Source of the DNA: Octopus sinensis
Taxonomy: Eukaryota
Length of the DNA: 64,000 nt
Assembly: GCF_006345805.1 (NCBI RefSeq)
Contig: NC_043005.1
Location: forward strand, 91,140,001-91,204,000
Reading direction: 5' to 3'
Position 1 is the stretch's first letter. Each line of letters begins with the position of its first letter. The position numbers were made by a program, and so were the translations under genes. Under the pieces are notes generated by a model. That model was not told where the DNA came from. It was given only the letters and a program-made list of their open reading frames with translations, and ran no database searches. Below are positions 1 to 11,827 of the stretch, one piece after another.

Positions 1-31
1 CAATGCTTCAAGCGAACTACAATACTCTCCT

Positions 32-104
<73 letters not shown>

Positions 105-291
105 ACGGACCTCCTTCACTTTCTATCTACTATCATATATACAGGTTTGGTCGGCCCGGAGCTATATGGAAGACACTTGATAAAGGTGCAACGCAGTGGG
201 ACTGGACTCGGAATCATGTGATTGGGTTTGGGAGGTCAATCTCTCAAACACACAACCATTCTTGCGTCTTTAAATGTAGTTGTGTGTGTGT

Positions 292-337
<46 letters not shown>

Positions 338-1374
338 GGGGAAGGGAGAGGGGGAGGAGAGAGATAGACATAATGATAATGATATTCCTGCTCCTGAAAC
401 AACGGACACCATAGAAACCATCGTGGTTTTCGGTCATCCTCGTCGTCATTGATATCGCAGTTATCGTCATCGTTGTCGTCGTCGTGGTCGATGTCGTCGT
501 CGTCGCAATGAAAATCCAGATCATTGATATTATCAATGAGACGGCTGGAAATCACACGAACGATCTCTATCAATACCGGAGTAGTATAATTCCCATCCGA
601 TTATACATCTCTGCAATATCAACATCATCAACACTGCTATGTATGTATGTATGTATGTATGCATGCATGCATGTATGTATGTATGTATGTATATATTGTA
701 TGTATGTATGTATGTATGTATGTATATATGGATGTATGCATCTATGTATGTATGTATGTATGTATTGTATATTATGTATGTATGTATACATGTATGTATC
801 TATGTATGTATGCATGTATGCATCATTTATGCATGTGTGTGTATATATATATATGCATATAAGTAGGTATTTAAGCATACGTATATTATATGTATGCATG
901 CATGCAGCATTCTTTTGTTTTGGGTTGTTTTTTTTTGTTTGTTGTTGTTGTTTTTTTTCATATCTAATGACTTATCAAGCATTGCTACCAATCAAAAAAA
1001 CATGATTTCTGCCTTTGTATCTGAGACGAGTACGACGAGCGCCATTTGATTGACGAATTTGATTTATCTCTGTTTCTGGGCTGAGCGTAATTATCTCTGC
1101 TTCGTGGACAAACATGATTTCTTTCTATTTCTGAGATGATTTGGTGAGCGCCATTTGGCAAAAACCGAACTCTTCCAGATTAATGTTTCTAAATATATTC
1201 CATTCTGTATGACACTGGAATTTTCGCTTTCACCTCATTTACAAACATTGCAGGTGCACTAAATTCTTGACAGCACATAACTCTGAATTGTTATTGTTGC
1301 AGTTGTTGATGTTGTTGCTTCTGTTGTTGTTGTTGCTATTGCTGCTACTGCTGCTACTTCTGCTTCTGCTGCTG

Positions 1375-1762
1375 TTGCTGTTGAGCAAGCGGTCTTCGTC
1401 CCAGAGCTCGCAAGATCGCGCCTCTGTAGTGGGAGAAGTCCGAAACGTGGTCCTTTGCTATTCGTAAGACCCACAGAAGAGAAAGCAGGTCAACCCCCGA
1501 CACCGAGAGCATCGACGGATGGATGAATGCGCGTCCAGGCTCAGCGGTTGCGTAGGAAGTCGGGGACAAGAAACAGGAAGAAAGGGTGAGAGAAAGTTGG
1601 GGCGAAAGAGTACAACAGGGGTCGCCACCACCCCCTACCGGAGCCTCGTGGATCTTTAGGTGCTTTCGCTCAATAAACACACACAACGCCCGGTCTGGGA
1701 ATCGAAACCGCGATCCTCCGACCGCGAGTCCGCTTCCCTAACCATTGGGCCATTGCGCCTCC
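1375..1762 (-). mobile_element. tRNA-derived SINE (family C) in a CAG/CAA microsatellite
   Basis: Minus 5' end GGAGGCGCAATGGCCCAATGGTTAGG (A box) and GGTTTCGATTCC (B box), with a (CAA/CAG)n tail. A 14-bp direct repeat TGCTTCTGCTGCTG at 1361-1374 and 1765-1778 is TSD-like but low complexity. Confidence 0.8.
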
Positions 1763-1825
1763 ATTGCTTCTGCTGCTGCCGCTGAAGCTGTTGTGGTTGT
1801 TGCTGTTGTTGCTCATGTTCTTGTT

Positions 1826-2617
1826 TAGGGATTAGGGATTTTGCCGGATTATCGATTATAATGATGAAAAACAGCTGCATTTTCGGTTGATTGCTTTTCA
1901 CCCCACCCTGCACGAAACCCATGTCAATCCTTGAAACGCTGCAGCCAGCCTTCACTGTAATCGCACCCGTATTCCAGTCCGAGTTCTTTATGGAATGTTT
2001 TCGCTTGTTCCTTCACAAAATCGTCTGACAGCTCGGCACCTTCACTTTCACGCAGTCTAAACCACTTCATCAATGCTTGATCTTGTTCTACACTTTTACC
2101 AGCCTTTATTGTTTTCCTTTTACACATTTGTTCCTTTGACACACTGATAGTAAAGAAACGGTGAAACTGGTCTCTCTGTTTTGTTTTTGTTTTTTTGTTT
2201 TTTTTAATGTCGTAAACTGTCGAAGATCCAATCTTTTCACCGACATACCGCTGTCAAGTTTTTTCAACAGTTTTTTTTCAACTTATTCTTTTATGGACAA
2301 TGTACAGTGTTTATGCTTTACATTACAACAAGCACTTCCTTTATGCATTGAAACTATGGCTGGGGCTAAAAGTGAAAAAGATATAATAAATGAAAAAACA
2401 AAAACAAACTGGAAAGGCGTGCCTTTTTTTTTTTTTTATAAATGATGCGTGTATGTTTATGCAGCAAGTAGCGCCAGCAAATCGTAGCGGCTGGTTGGTG
2501 CGGCGACCCGGGAAATTTGAAATTATTTGAAATTTTTCTAGCTGAAATTAGTGTCGGATTACTGATTTTGCCAGATTACATGTTGCCGGATTAGTGATTA
2601 GCCGGATTAGTCTACTG
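1826..2617 (-). mobile_element. Tigger/pogo DNA transposon deletion derivative with CENP-B-type HTH relic
   Basis: The 1924-2142 peptide RKTIKAGKSVEQDQALMKWF...KEQAKTFHKELG...YSEGWLQRFK is a CENP-B/Tigger HTH. TA|CAGTAG terminus at 2617-2619, with repeated TAATCCGG subterminal motifs at both ends. Confidence 0.8.
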
Positions 2618-2723
2618 TACGGAGATCGACATGCTCAGCATTGCTGCTGCTCAAGGACTAAATCCAGTAAAAAAGCAGAAGAGTAAATACATATTAGTAT
2701 CTGTGTATATATAAAAGGCAGGA

Positions 2724-2768
<45 letters not shown>

Positions 2769-3018
2769 GTGTGTGTGTGCGTGTGTGTGTGTGTGTGTGT
2801 GGTGTGTGTGTGTGTGTGTGCGTGAATGTAGTTTATGCACGTCCACAAATTAGCACGCATGTCACTCCAATTTCAGGAGGACATTTGTCACCATCCTACC
2901 TGGGTTTTGACAACTTATATTTTTTCCCGAGGCACCTGCGGATAGCAGTAAAAATCTGTTTTAAACCATAACTTTTACCAATTTTGAAGTTTGCTAACAT
3001 GAGTTAAGTCCCTTTTTG

Positions 3019-3064
<46 letters not shown>

Positions 3065-3216
3065 GAGAGAGAGAAGTTGTGTGTTGATGTATGTGTGTGT
3101 GTGTGATAAAACTGTCTTCTCCACAAAAATTAAGTCTTACACAAACTGCAACGAACATGAATAATTAATTACAGTCTAATGGTAAATTAGAAGATATTTT
3201 ACTCAATGACACTTAC

Positions 3217-3311
3217 AGGGTGATCGGCATCTAGCTCACGACCATACATTAGTACACGATTGGCAAATTTGTCCAATTCCGCTATTTTGCGAGGGAACCA
3301 CACTATATCAT
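3217..3311 (-). CDS. TPH: Tryptophan hydroxylase internal exon (start of catalytic domain)
   Basis: Minus strand atttcag|AT GAT ATA GTG TGG TTC CCT CGC...GAT CAC CCT|gtaagt encodes (D)[31 protein letters not shown]. RVLMYGxELDADHP is TPH-type, unlike PAH (QILSYGAELDADHP) or TH (FDPDLDLDHP). The phase 1 start and phase 0 end match vertebrate TPH exon structure. Confidence 0.96.
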
Positions 3312-3454
3312 CTGAAATATAAAATATTTTTTAAAAAACAATAAAGGTAGCTTTAATAATAGTGAAAGAAGATTTTCCTCTTAAGCACTTCGGTGACTTT
3401 TTTTTTTAAGTTAGAAGTCAGAATCCTACTGAATGGATATTGGTTTCAAATTTT

Positions 3455-3650
3455 GGCATAAGGCTAACAATTTCGGGGAAGAGAATAAGACGATTACATC
3501 GACTCCAGTGTTCAACTGGTACTTATTTTATCGACCCCGAAAGGATGAAAAACGAAGTCGACCTCGGCGGCAGTTGAATTTGGGACATAAAGATGGACGA
3601 AACACCGCAAAGCCTTTTGCCCGGCGTGCTAACGATTCAGCCAACTCAAT
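3455..3650 (-). mobile_element. tRNA-derived SINE family A, degenerate copy
   Basis: Matches the CGTTAGCACGCCGGGC...GAGGTCGAC...TTTCATCCTTTCGGGGTCGATAAAATAAGTACCAG core seen in intact copies. Confidence 0.8.
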
Positions 3651-3852
3651 AAAGCCTTTGCCGGTTTGCAATTTTTGCCAAATGGGTATTGCCAAAAGTA
3701 ATTGTCTAAATATCTGCATGAAAATTGACTAATCTTTATGCAAACACGATTTTAATTCTATGCAAATTATGTTGTATACAGGTACATCTAAATTATATAC
3801 TCTTTAAAATATATACACATACACCACTCTAAATGCACATCTTAAGTCAATG

Positions 3853-3929
<77 letters not shown>

Positions 3930-3960
3930 CTAATATATATATATAATATATATATTCTAA

Positions 3961-4022
<62 letters not shown>

Positions 4023-5789
4023 ATATATATACAATCTTTTGAAGTAAGAGTAAACAGTCTGAACCAATTCTCAATCTATTTAAACTAATTTCTTGGTTTT
4101 AGTATGAAAGTCACTTTTAGTCCTCAGGATTGAACGGAAACCACTTATCTTTCAAATTCCGATAACTAGGTGACTAAAACGCTTCCCCAAATGTTGAATA
4201 ATAACAAAAATATCTTTCACATAACTGTAGTATCAATAACTGCTGTTTGTAATTGCTATTTTGTAGTAAACCTTTCGATGTTTCTTGACTCGAAATATAG
4301 AAATATCCCGTTTTTTCTTTACAAGTAAACTAATTTCTGCCTCATATGGCAGAATACTGCATCCATTTATCGGAAGGAAGGATTCAATCGAAAGTAGGCC
4401 TTCTTTATATAATTAAACCTTTTCTATTTTACACTCTGGTCTTATATAACAAAACTAGCATTACAAGCATGGGAGTTCTATTGACCAAGATAATCATATT
4501 TATATTGATGCCATATTTCTTTCAAATATATTTCCTGATAATACAACGCTGTGAGAAACTATTCATTATCAAAATGATCCATTAATTTCTTTTTCTGTAT
4601 TAATGGCGGTCATGGAGCAAAATTGAGCCATGTAATCTAGTGGCCGTATCCTTAATATTAAAATGACCCCTGCAACAATGACCGCATTTGTTATGAATCT
4701 AATCAGTGTTCTGATTAAAAATAAAAATAAAAGAATATGGCATTTGGTTATCTAATTTCTGCTATTGAAAACATCCCTTGTCTGCAACTAGCATATTCTA
4801 TAATATAAAAAGACGTGAAATAATCTTCCAATTTTCAGTGATAGGAAAACATGACCTGTTTTCGTCAACATCAAATCAAGATACATTTTTTGATTTGACT
4901 CTCGGCAATTTAGAGTAGTGACATTTACTCTATCGACTCTAAAACACGAAATCCATTCCAGCGAGACTACTTGGAATCATAAGCAGCTGACTCGATAAGA
5001 CAAACTATTCATCGCAGAATCTTTCGGCTGACATCTCTGACTGCTGCATATTGACTCATATTTTGCATATTTAAACCAACCATCAAATACATATACATAC
5101 ATACACACCTATACATATACTATTATATTATATATATATATATATATATTATACATGCATACACACACACACACACACACACATAATATATATATATATA
5201 TATATATATACATAATTATATGTAAGTATGTATGTATATTTACACATGCATGTATGTATGTGTGTATGCCAGGTGACGTGTAAGGTCTCTCACGATTGCT
5301 GCTGACTAATCTGGCACCCCATCACGCTAACCAGTTCAGGATGATTGCTAGAAAACTAGCAGGACTAAAATATGACCTGTAAAAGGAGGAATGGACCCAG
5401 TGTAGGTCCAAATACTATCAAGCGACAGCAGGGACACTCAGAAATTCCGGGCTGGTGTCCGCCATGCTAGAAGACCATTGGGAGTGAGCTTTTGAGGAAG
5501 TTTGCCTATGGGATAATCAGTCTGATATTAAACGGAATGTGTAGGGAATGGCATTGGACGTTTTGGGGATCTTCTGCTTGCGTCTGAGATCATGGCCCTC
5601 CCACATGCTTGAGCTTGCGACCTACATTGGTACTAGAATCTTGTCACGGTTTGTCTCTCGATCATGACAATACGTTGAAGCGGGGCCTATGAGCTTTATT
5701 GGACCAAAGATTTTGAACAGGCATTCCTGTGATGGTCATACTCATCTAACGAGTCGACAGCCATGCTATATACATACATACATACATAC

Positions 5790-5933
<144 letters not shown>

Positions 5934-6599
5934 TGTGTTTGTGTGTATGTGGTGTGTGTGTGTGTGTGTGTACTACTATTCATCATTTTCAGTGCAGGGA
6001 TACCATCGATGACTGCAAGAATCTCCGTCAAAATCCTTAACTGCCATTCTGGAATAATTTCAGCTCGTCATACTTTCCACACGTTAAGAATTAATGTTAT
6101 CATCTTAAATTTCTTTCTTTCTTTCTTCTTCTTTACATTCAAAGTTTTAGCGCTAAATTTCACACCTGAGTAACTACCTCACCAGGGCCAACTTTACTTT
6201 TCTTCCTTTAGGGTCTATAAAAAATGAAGTACCAGTCAAATACTGGGGTCTATGGCATCAACTAAACCTCTCCCTTCAACATTTCTGAACTTGTGTCATG
6301 ATTAGAAACCATCATCATTATTATTAGTATATTATTATGCGTTTTTTCTTCTATCAGCTTTGTTTCTTTTTCTTACAGAGTGCTTTCCCGAAACTTATTG
6401 TATACATTGATAGGCTATTAAAATAAACATACCAAATTGTTCTAGTTATTTACAGAATCAAATAAAGTTAGATTATAAAAAGAATTATTTACATAAATGG
6501 TAATCGTTCTCAAAGCAGCAATGCTCTTCTCAATACATGTGATGTACCAGTTAAAACAATCTTTTGCATTTCTTGCAGAGATGGTGAACCAGAGATCAT

Positions 6600-7046
6600 T
6601 CTCAAATAATTTTCAGTTCCTTTTTTTATCATCCCTAGAGCCACCTACAATTTGTGGTATTATGGCTGACAAGCAAATCTTATATTTTCAGAGCTTGTCA
6701 AATTCTTTTGCCGAAATATTATGACCACAAGGAATGCTCATGTCGATCATTTTGGTCTTTTACAATAATATCCGGTTTATTAGCTTTGATCGTTCTGTCA
6801 TGTACAAGGAAGTGCCAAAGAAAGGTTAGATTTTCCTTCAGTTACAGCCTCAGGGTGATACTTATTCCACTTGTCAACAGTTTTGGTTTTATGCATTAAC
6901 CAGTTTAGACATTGGCCAATCCTGTCTGGTGCTAAAACTTTACCTCCAGAGATCAGATGGTTCACTGTTTCAATTTTATCATTGCAGAATCGGTACTTTG
7001 GATCTACTCCATTTTTCATCACATTGGCTTTGTTGTTCCAGTTCAA
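6600..7046 (-). pseudogene. R4/Dong-clade non-LTR retrotransposon 3' relic (zinc finger + restriction-like endonuclease)
   Basis: YRFCNDKIETVNHLISG (CCHC relic), W..YHPEAV.E, and DRTIKANKPDIIVKD (PD-D motif); frameshifted. Confidence 0.75.
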
Positions 7047-7077
7047 TAAGCTTTGATTTTGAGCTGGACAAAAATCT

Positions 7078-7248
7078 TAACGGCATTTCGTCCGTCCTTA
7101 CGTTCTGAGTTCATATTCCGCCGCGGTCGACTTTTCCTTTCATCTTTTCGAGATCGATAAAATAAGTACCAGCTGAGTAGTGGGGGTCGATGTAATCGAC
7201 TTACCCCTCACCTCGAAATTGCTAACCTTGTACCTATAGTAAAAAGGA
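7078..7248 (+). mobile_element. SINE family A copy (alternative tail)
   Basis: ACGTTCTGAGTTCATATTCCGCCGCGGTCGAC...GATAAAATAAGTACCAG core; a second degenerate copy follows to about 7490. Confidence 0.75.
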
Positions 7249-8019
7249 TTATTATTATTATCATTTATTATAGAGCTGGTAGAAGGTGGCGAACTGGAAG
7301 ACTCGTTAGCACAACAGACAAAAATGTTTGGCGGCATTTCTTTCGACTTTATGCTCTGAGTATGTTGCACCGGGGTTAACTTTGCTTTTCACCTTTCGGG
7401 GTTGATAAAATGTGTGCCAGCTGAGCACTGGGGTTGATGAAATCTCCCACAAAATATCGTAGTCACTGTCTTGCGCCCAAAGTAGAAAGGTTTACTTTAT
7501 CGCTCATTAGTATATAAAATATAAAATCGTATTTATTCTAATAGCCTTGCAATATTAAAGAAAACGACACGAATATGGTATGAAATAAAATTAAAACGTT
7601 GATTTATAGATTTCACATATTTAGTAGCTACCCAGAATCCATCAAATTGGTTTTGTATTGAGAATTGCAAACAATGATGCCAGTACCTCTCTCTGCTCTC
7701 TATAGATTTACTTTGGTACTACGAGAGTAATAAATCGATTCAAACATTAAGTATCATTTATATACTGCTTGATTTTTTAAAAATAATAAACTGTATCTAC
7801 TTATGGTTTTTAATGCTATTGATTGCATTGGTTGGCAAATTTGCTATTTATTCCCTTTTGATATTTAAAAAAGTATTGGTGATGTATGTAGAGTGAAACT
7901 TTCCAATAGAGAATCGAAACTAGGTCACAATAAACTTGGTTCCAATTCATGGCATTCACCGCGTTCCTAAAACAAAAATTTGCTCGAAGATAACTTTGAA
8001 GTACTAATCAAATATATAC

Positions 8020-8209
8020 CATCTGGTTCTTCAGGACAGGTGGGAAATGCTTTCACATTTCCTACATCGTCAGGAATTTGGAGTTGAAGTTTTTCGAGAA
8101 GGTCTTCTATGGCCAGTTTGCTGGACTCTACGTTGATGAAAATGTCATATTCACTGTCTTCCATCTGCGACCTGCGCGATTCGATGTGTGTGACGTTGAC
8201 TTTGTTGTC
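8020..8209 (-). CDS. TPH: Tryptophan hydroxylase exon (ACT regulatory domain, second part)
   Basis: ttttgttctttctcaatcactatttag|GAC...GAT G|gtatat; 190 nt encoding DNKVNVTHIESRRSQMEDSEYDIFINVESSKLAIEDLLEKLQLQIPDDVGNVKAFPTCPEEPD. Carries the HIESRxS..E.EIF motif of aromatic amino-acid hydroxylase ACT domains and ends in phase 1, fitting the next exon. Confidence 0.93.
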
Positions 8210-8364
8210 CTAAATAGTGATTGAGAAAGAACAAAATTTATTAACGCCACAAATTGTTGTTTTCTTTATCAGCATAAATATTTGTCTCTATGTTTGTATA
8301 TTTGTGAATTTGTGCATGAGAGAGAGAGAGAGATGTTGAGAGAGTAAAAGAGATAGAAGAGGGC

Positions 8365-8405
<41 letters not shown>

Positions 8406-9128
8406 CGATGAAGGTAAACAAGAGATACAAAGCGGGAGGATAGCAAGTGAGAGCAAGAGGGAGATAAGGATAAAGAGAGGAAAAAGAAAGCAATAAGTGA
8501 GGAGAGAGATTTCTCTAACGCCAAATTACTTAAACGGTCGAACCTTCTTTCTCTTCTTATATAGGACCGTTTGTTTTATGTCAAAGGATACGGACCAATA
8601 CAGTTGGGCAGGAATGAATTTAAAGAACAAGATTATAAGAACTTCACTCTCTTCCTCTTCACCATCTCTTCCTTGTTTCCACCACAAAGCTCAGTCTTTT
8701 TTTGCGGTGTGGAGGCTTGTGTGGTTCAATGAGAGCTATTCCAACGGAGCGCAAGCTCCCGGTAGGGCTTCTGATTCTGAATGGCTCAAAGAATGGAGGC
8801 CTACCTAGAAAAAAAGTAAAGTTACAGCAGTATCGATGACATTTCGAAACCAAACTGGACCTGGGAGAGGAGTGAAGCATAAGAAGATAGCCCTGAGTCG
8901 AGAACAAGGGGAAAATGTCGTTGATGGTCTATGCTTAATAAAATATAATACTTTTTCTCGTTTGCACTCGCTTTCCGTATGAAGAGAAGAATATCTGAAA
9001 TGGATATATGAGCATATGTGTATTTGTGTGTGTGTGTGTGTGTGTGTGTTAGGTGTGTGCATAAGTATGTGTGTGTGTGTGTTAGGTGTGTGCATAAGTA
9101 TGTGTGTGTGTGTTAGGTGTGTGCATAA

Positions 9129-9164
<36 letters not shown>

Positions 9165-10014
9165 TTAGGTGTGTGCATAAGTATGTGTGTCATATGCAAG
9201 GTAAACAGAATTACATATCTGAACAACAAACGTTTTGTTCACTCGGCTATACGGTCAACTGTACACATCAATGTTTTGAGAAGAAATCACTGAAAAGTGT
9301 GAACAGATTAAATTGTTGGTCTCTGACATCTTTTGCTATTCTTCGTATCCGTGAGTGTGTACGTGTGCGTGTGTGTACATAGGAGCGTGCGCACGTGTGT
9401 TACGTTATTACTTTAATGCAAATTTAAGAATAAGAATGATATATCAATGAAAGTGACCCACCCACTACTAATAGTAGGGTCAAATTTATTATAAAATTCG
9501 TGTTGAATGGGGCTTTAAGTTTCGCTTATTCAACCTCAATAAATCGTTAAGTGAAACTAAAAATTCTTAAGTTCCATTGAACACGAATATATATATATAT
9601 ATATATAATATATATATATATATAATATATATATGAACGACTGCAGGATAAAACGGCACGCTACACAAGCCAGTCCGATAACTACACCATCCGAAGATGA
9701 AACTTATAGTAGTTCACATATAAACTCTGTGTTTGTAAATTTTATATATTATATATATATATATATAGGTGTGTGTGTGAATGTATTTATATATACATAA
9801 ATGCGTGTGCGTGTCTATATATATATATATTGTTTTGTTTATTTTTGTTTATCGCTCGCATATGACCGTTATTTGAAAGGTCCAATCAAACAAATCCATT
9901 TTTAAAGGTGTAACGTTTATACTAGCCTTGATAGAATTGTCATCTCGGTTCTATTTTAACAAAACTGTCCGAGCTCTTGTTGAATTTCTGCTGCTTTTAA
10001 ATAAAGTATATATA

Positions 10015-10060
<46 letters not shown>

Positions 10061-10124
10061 ATATATATAATATATTTATATATATATATATAACACACAC
10101 ACACACACACACACACACAACACC

Positions 10125-10195
<71 letters not shown>

Positions 10196-10312
10196 CATAT
10201 ATATCATGTACGAGTGTGACAGGTGCATGTATGTTTGTATGCATGGAAGCACATATTAAAAACAAAATTAAATATAAAAACAAAGAGAATAATAAAAGCA
10301 GAAGTATTTTAC

Positions 10313-10420
10313 CTGAAATACTTTTAAAGCACTTGACAAACAGCCAACTTGATTCTTCAGTGACAACAATATGGAACCCACTTTTTCACGACTTGAACAA
10401 CCTCTACCATTTTCTGTTTC
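10313..10420 (-). CDS. TPH: Tryptophan hydroxylase exon (ACT regulatory domain, first part)
   Basis: taatag|GAA ACA...TTT CAG|gtaaaa; 108 nt encoding ETENGRGCSSREKVGSILLSLKNQVGCLSSALKVFQ, compared with TPH FSLKNEVGGLxKALxxFQ. Phase 0/0. Confidence 0.92.
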
Positions 10421-10456
10421 CTATTATTTAAAAGAACACACAAATTGTATACTGCA

Positions 10457-10682
10457 CATGTTTCGGTAGCAAAATTTTATTTAGAACACAAGTACATAGT
10501 ATAACTTGAGATCTAACAATATACAACATCGTATAACATAATTTAAAGTCATGTTTTCATAAAGAGGTGTCGTTTTATGAAAACACGATCTTACACTACG
10601 TTACATGAAATTACGTATTATAACATGCTAAATTATATAATTTATCTGTGTTCTAAATAAAATTCTGCTACGGAAAAATATG
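10457..10682. mobile_element. Fold-back MITE-like palindrome
   Basis: Outer arms 10466-10490 and 10647-10671 pair at 24/25. Inner arms GTTTTCATAAA/TTTATGAAAAC pair at 11/11 around about 10569. Confidence 0.7.
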
Positions 10683-10699
10683 TAGTAATACCCAAAACA

Positions 10700-11170
10700 C
10701 CCATGCATTTCATCCCTATCATTATAAATTTCACCGCGTCTAATGTATCAATTACTCTTTGGATACATACTTGAATTTTCAGGATGTCTGATACCGGTAA
10801 ACCCGGCCTTCACGAATGATTTGAACGGTTAACTAGCTTGGAATTTTCGGATTAAACTATCTAGCCAAAACATGCGGTGTGCTTCGCTGTTGATTTGCCT
10901 TGATCTAATTTAATCTAATATATGTAAGGAATCAGGATGTGTTCTGGTTCAATCCGATTTTCGTTTTGCATGTTTCAACCAAGATCGCTGGAAAATTTTT
11001 TGGTGCTTTGGACAAGTGTTTTCTTAAATCTAATCGGTATCATGCTATTTTTAATCGACATACTGTGGTTGTATCCTACGTCAACTCTGCTAATTTAGAG
11101 CAACTTTTGCATCGCATAAACAATAGCAAAATGCTATTGGATCTAGCGAACATTTGCATGTAAATACCAA
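10700..11170 (+). pseudogene. Penelope-like element relic (region between RT thumb and GIY-YIG)
   Basis: WFNPIF..VSTKIAGKFFGALDKCF...YHAIFNRHTVVVSY matches the WFNPPF...FL.LIDKHF...IFNRNTVKVSY motif of PLE ORFs. Confidence 0.7.
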
Positions 11171-11688
11171 CCAAGGAGATGTAAGCCGCATTGATAAACA
11201 CTAACTACGACCAATTTGTAGTAGTAGAAATATCTATGATACAGCTAGCACGGTAACAACGCCGGTAAATGGAGTCAGGACTGCCTTATATACAAATAAA
11301 TACGAGAAAAGATATGAGAGATAGGAGACGTCCAGTCCTTAGAACGTCCGTGCAGGAAAGAAAGATGTTCACGTGAAGGAAAGAAAGATGGTCGATAGTC
11401 ACGTGTGAACAACGAGAGAGAGAGAAAAAGAGAAAGAGGGGAGAGAAAGACAGATAGAAAACGGTGAAAGGGAGAAAAAAGGGAATTAGAGAGGACAGGG
11501 AAGAAAACAGTATAGGGTAGAGGCGCATCAAAAAGATTAAGATAAACTTATATTATATGGTGTCTGGGGAGAGTCATTCTGTTTTAATGCCTTATTAATT
11601 AACGCACTCACTGATTCGATTTCCACTCATTTTCTTATTTTTTCTAAAATTTTCGTTGTTTCTTGCAACCTCTTCAATAGTCAACGAA

Positions 11689-11735
<47 letters not shown>

Positions 11736-11745
11736 TATATATATA

Positions 11746-11791
<46 letters not shown>

Positions 11792-11827
11792 TATATATAT
11801 TATATATATATATATATTATATATATA

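Noticed and set aside
7967-8019. C-terminal part of ORF 7967-8164 (IYLISTSKLSSSKFLF)
   Set aside because: Intronic read-through past the donor at 8019; the exon continues in phase at 3311.
9685-9725. CCGAAGATGAAAC...GTTCACAT resembling a PLE hammerhead
   Set aside because: GAAA is missing and the core is mutated; too degenerate.
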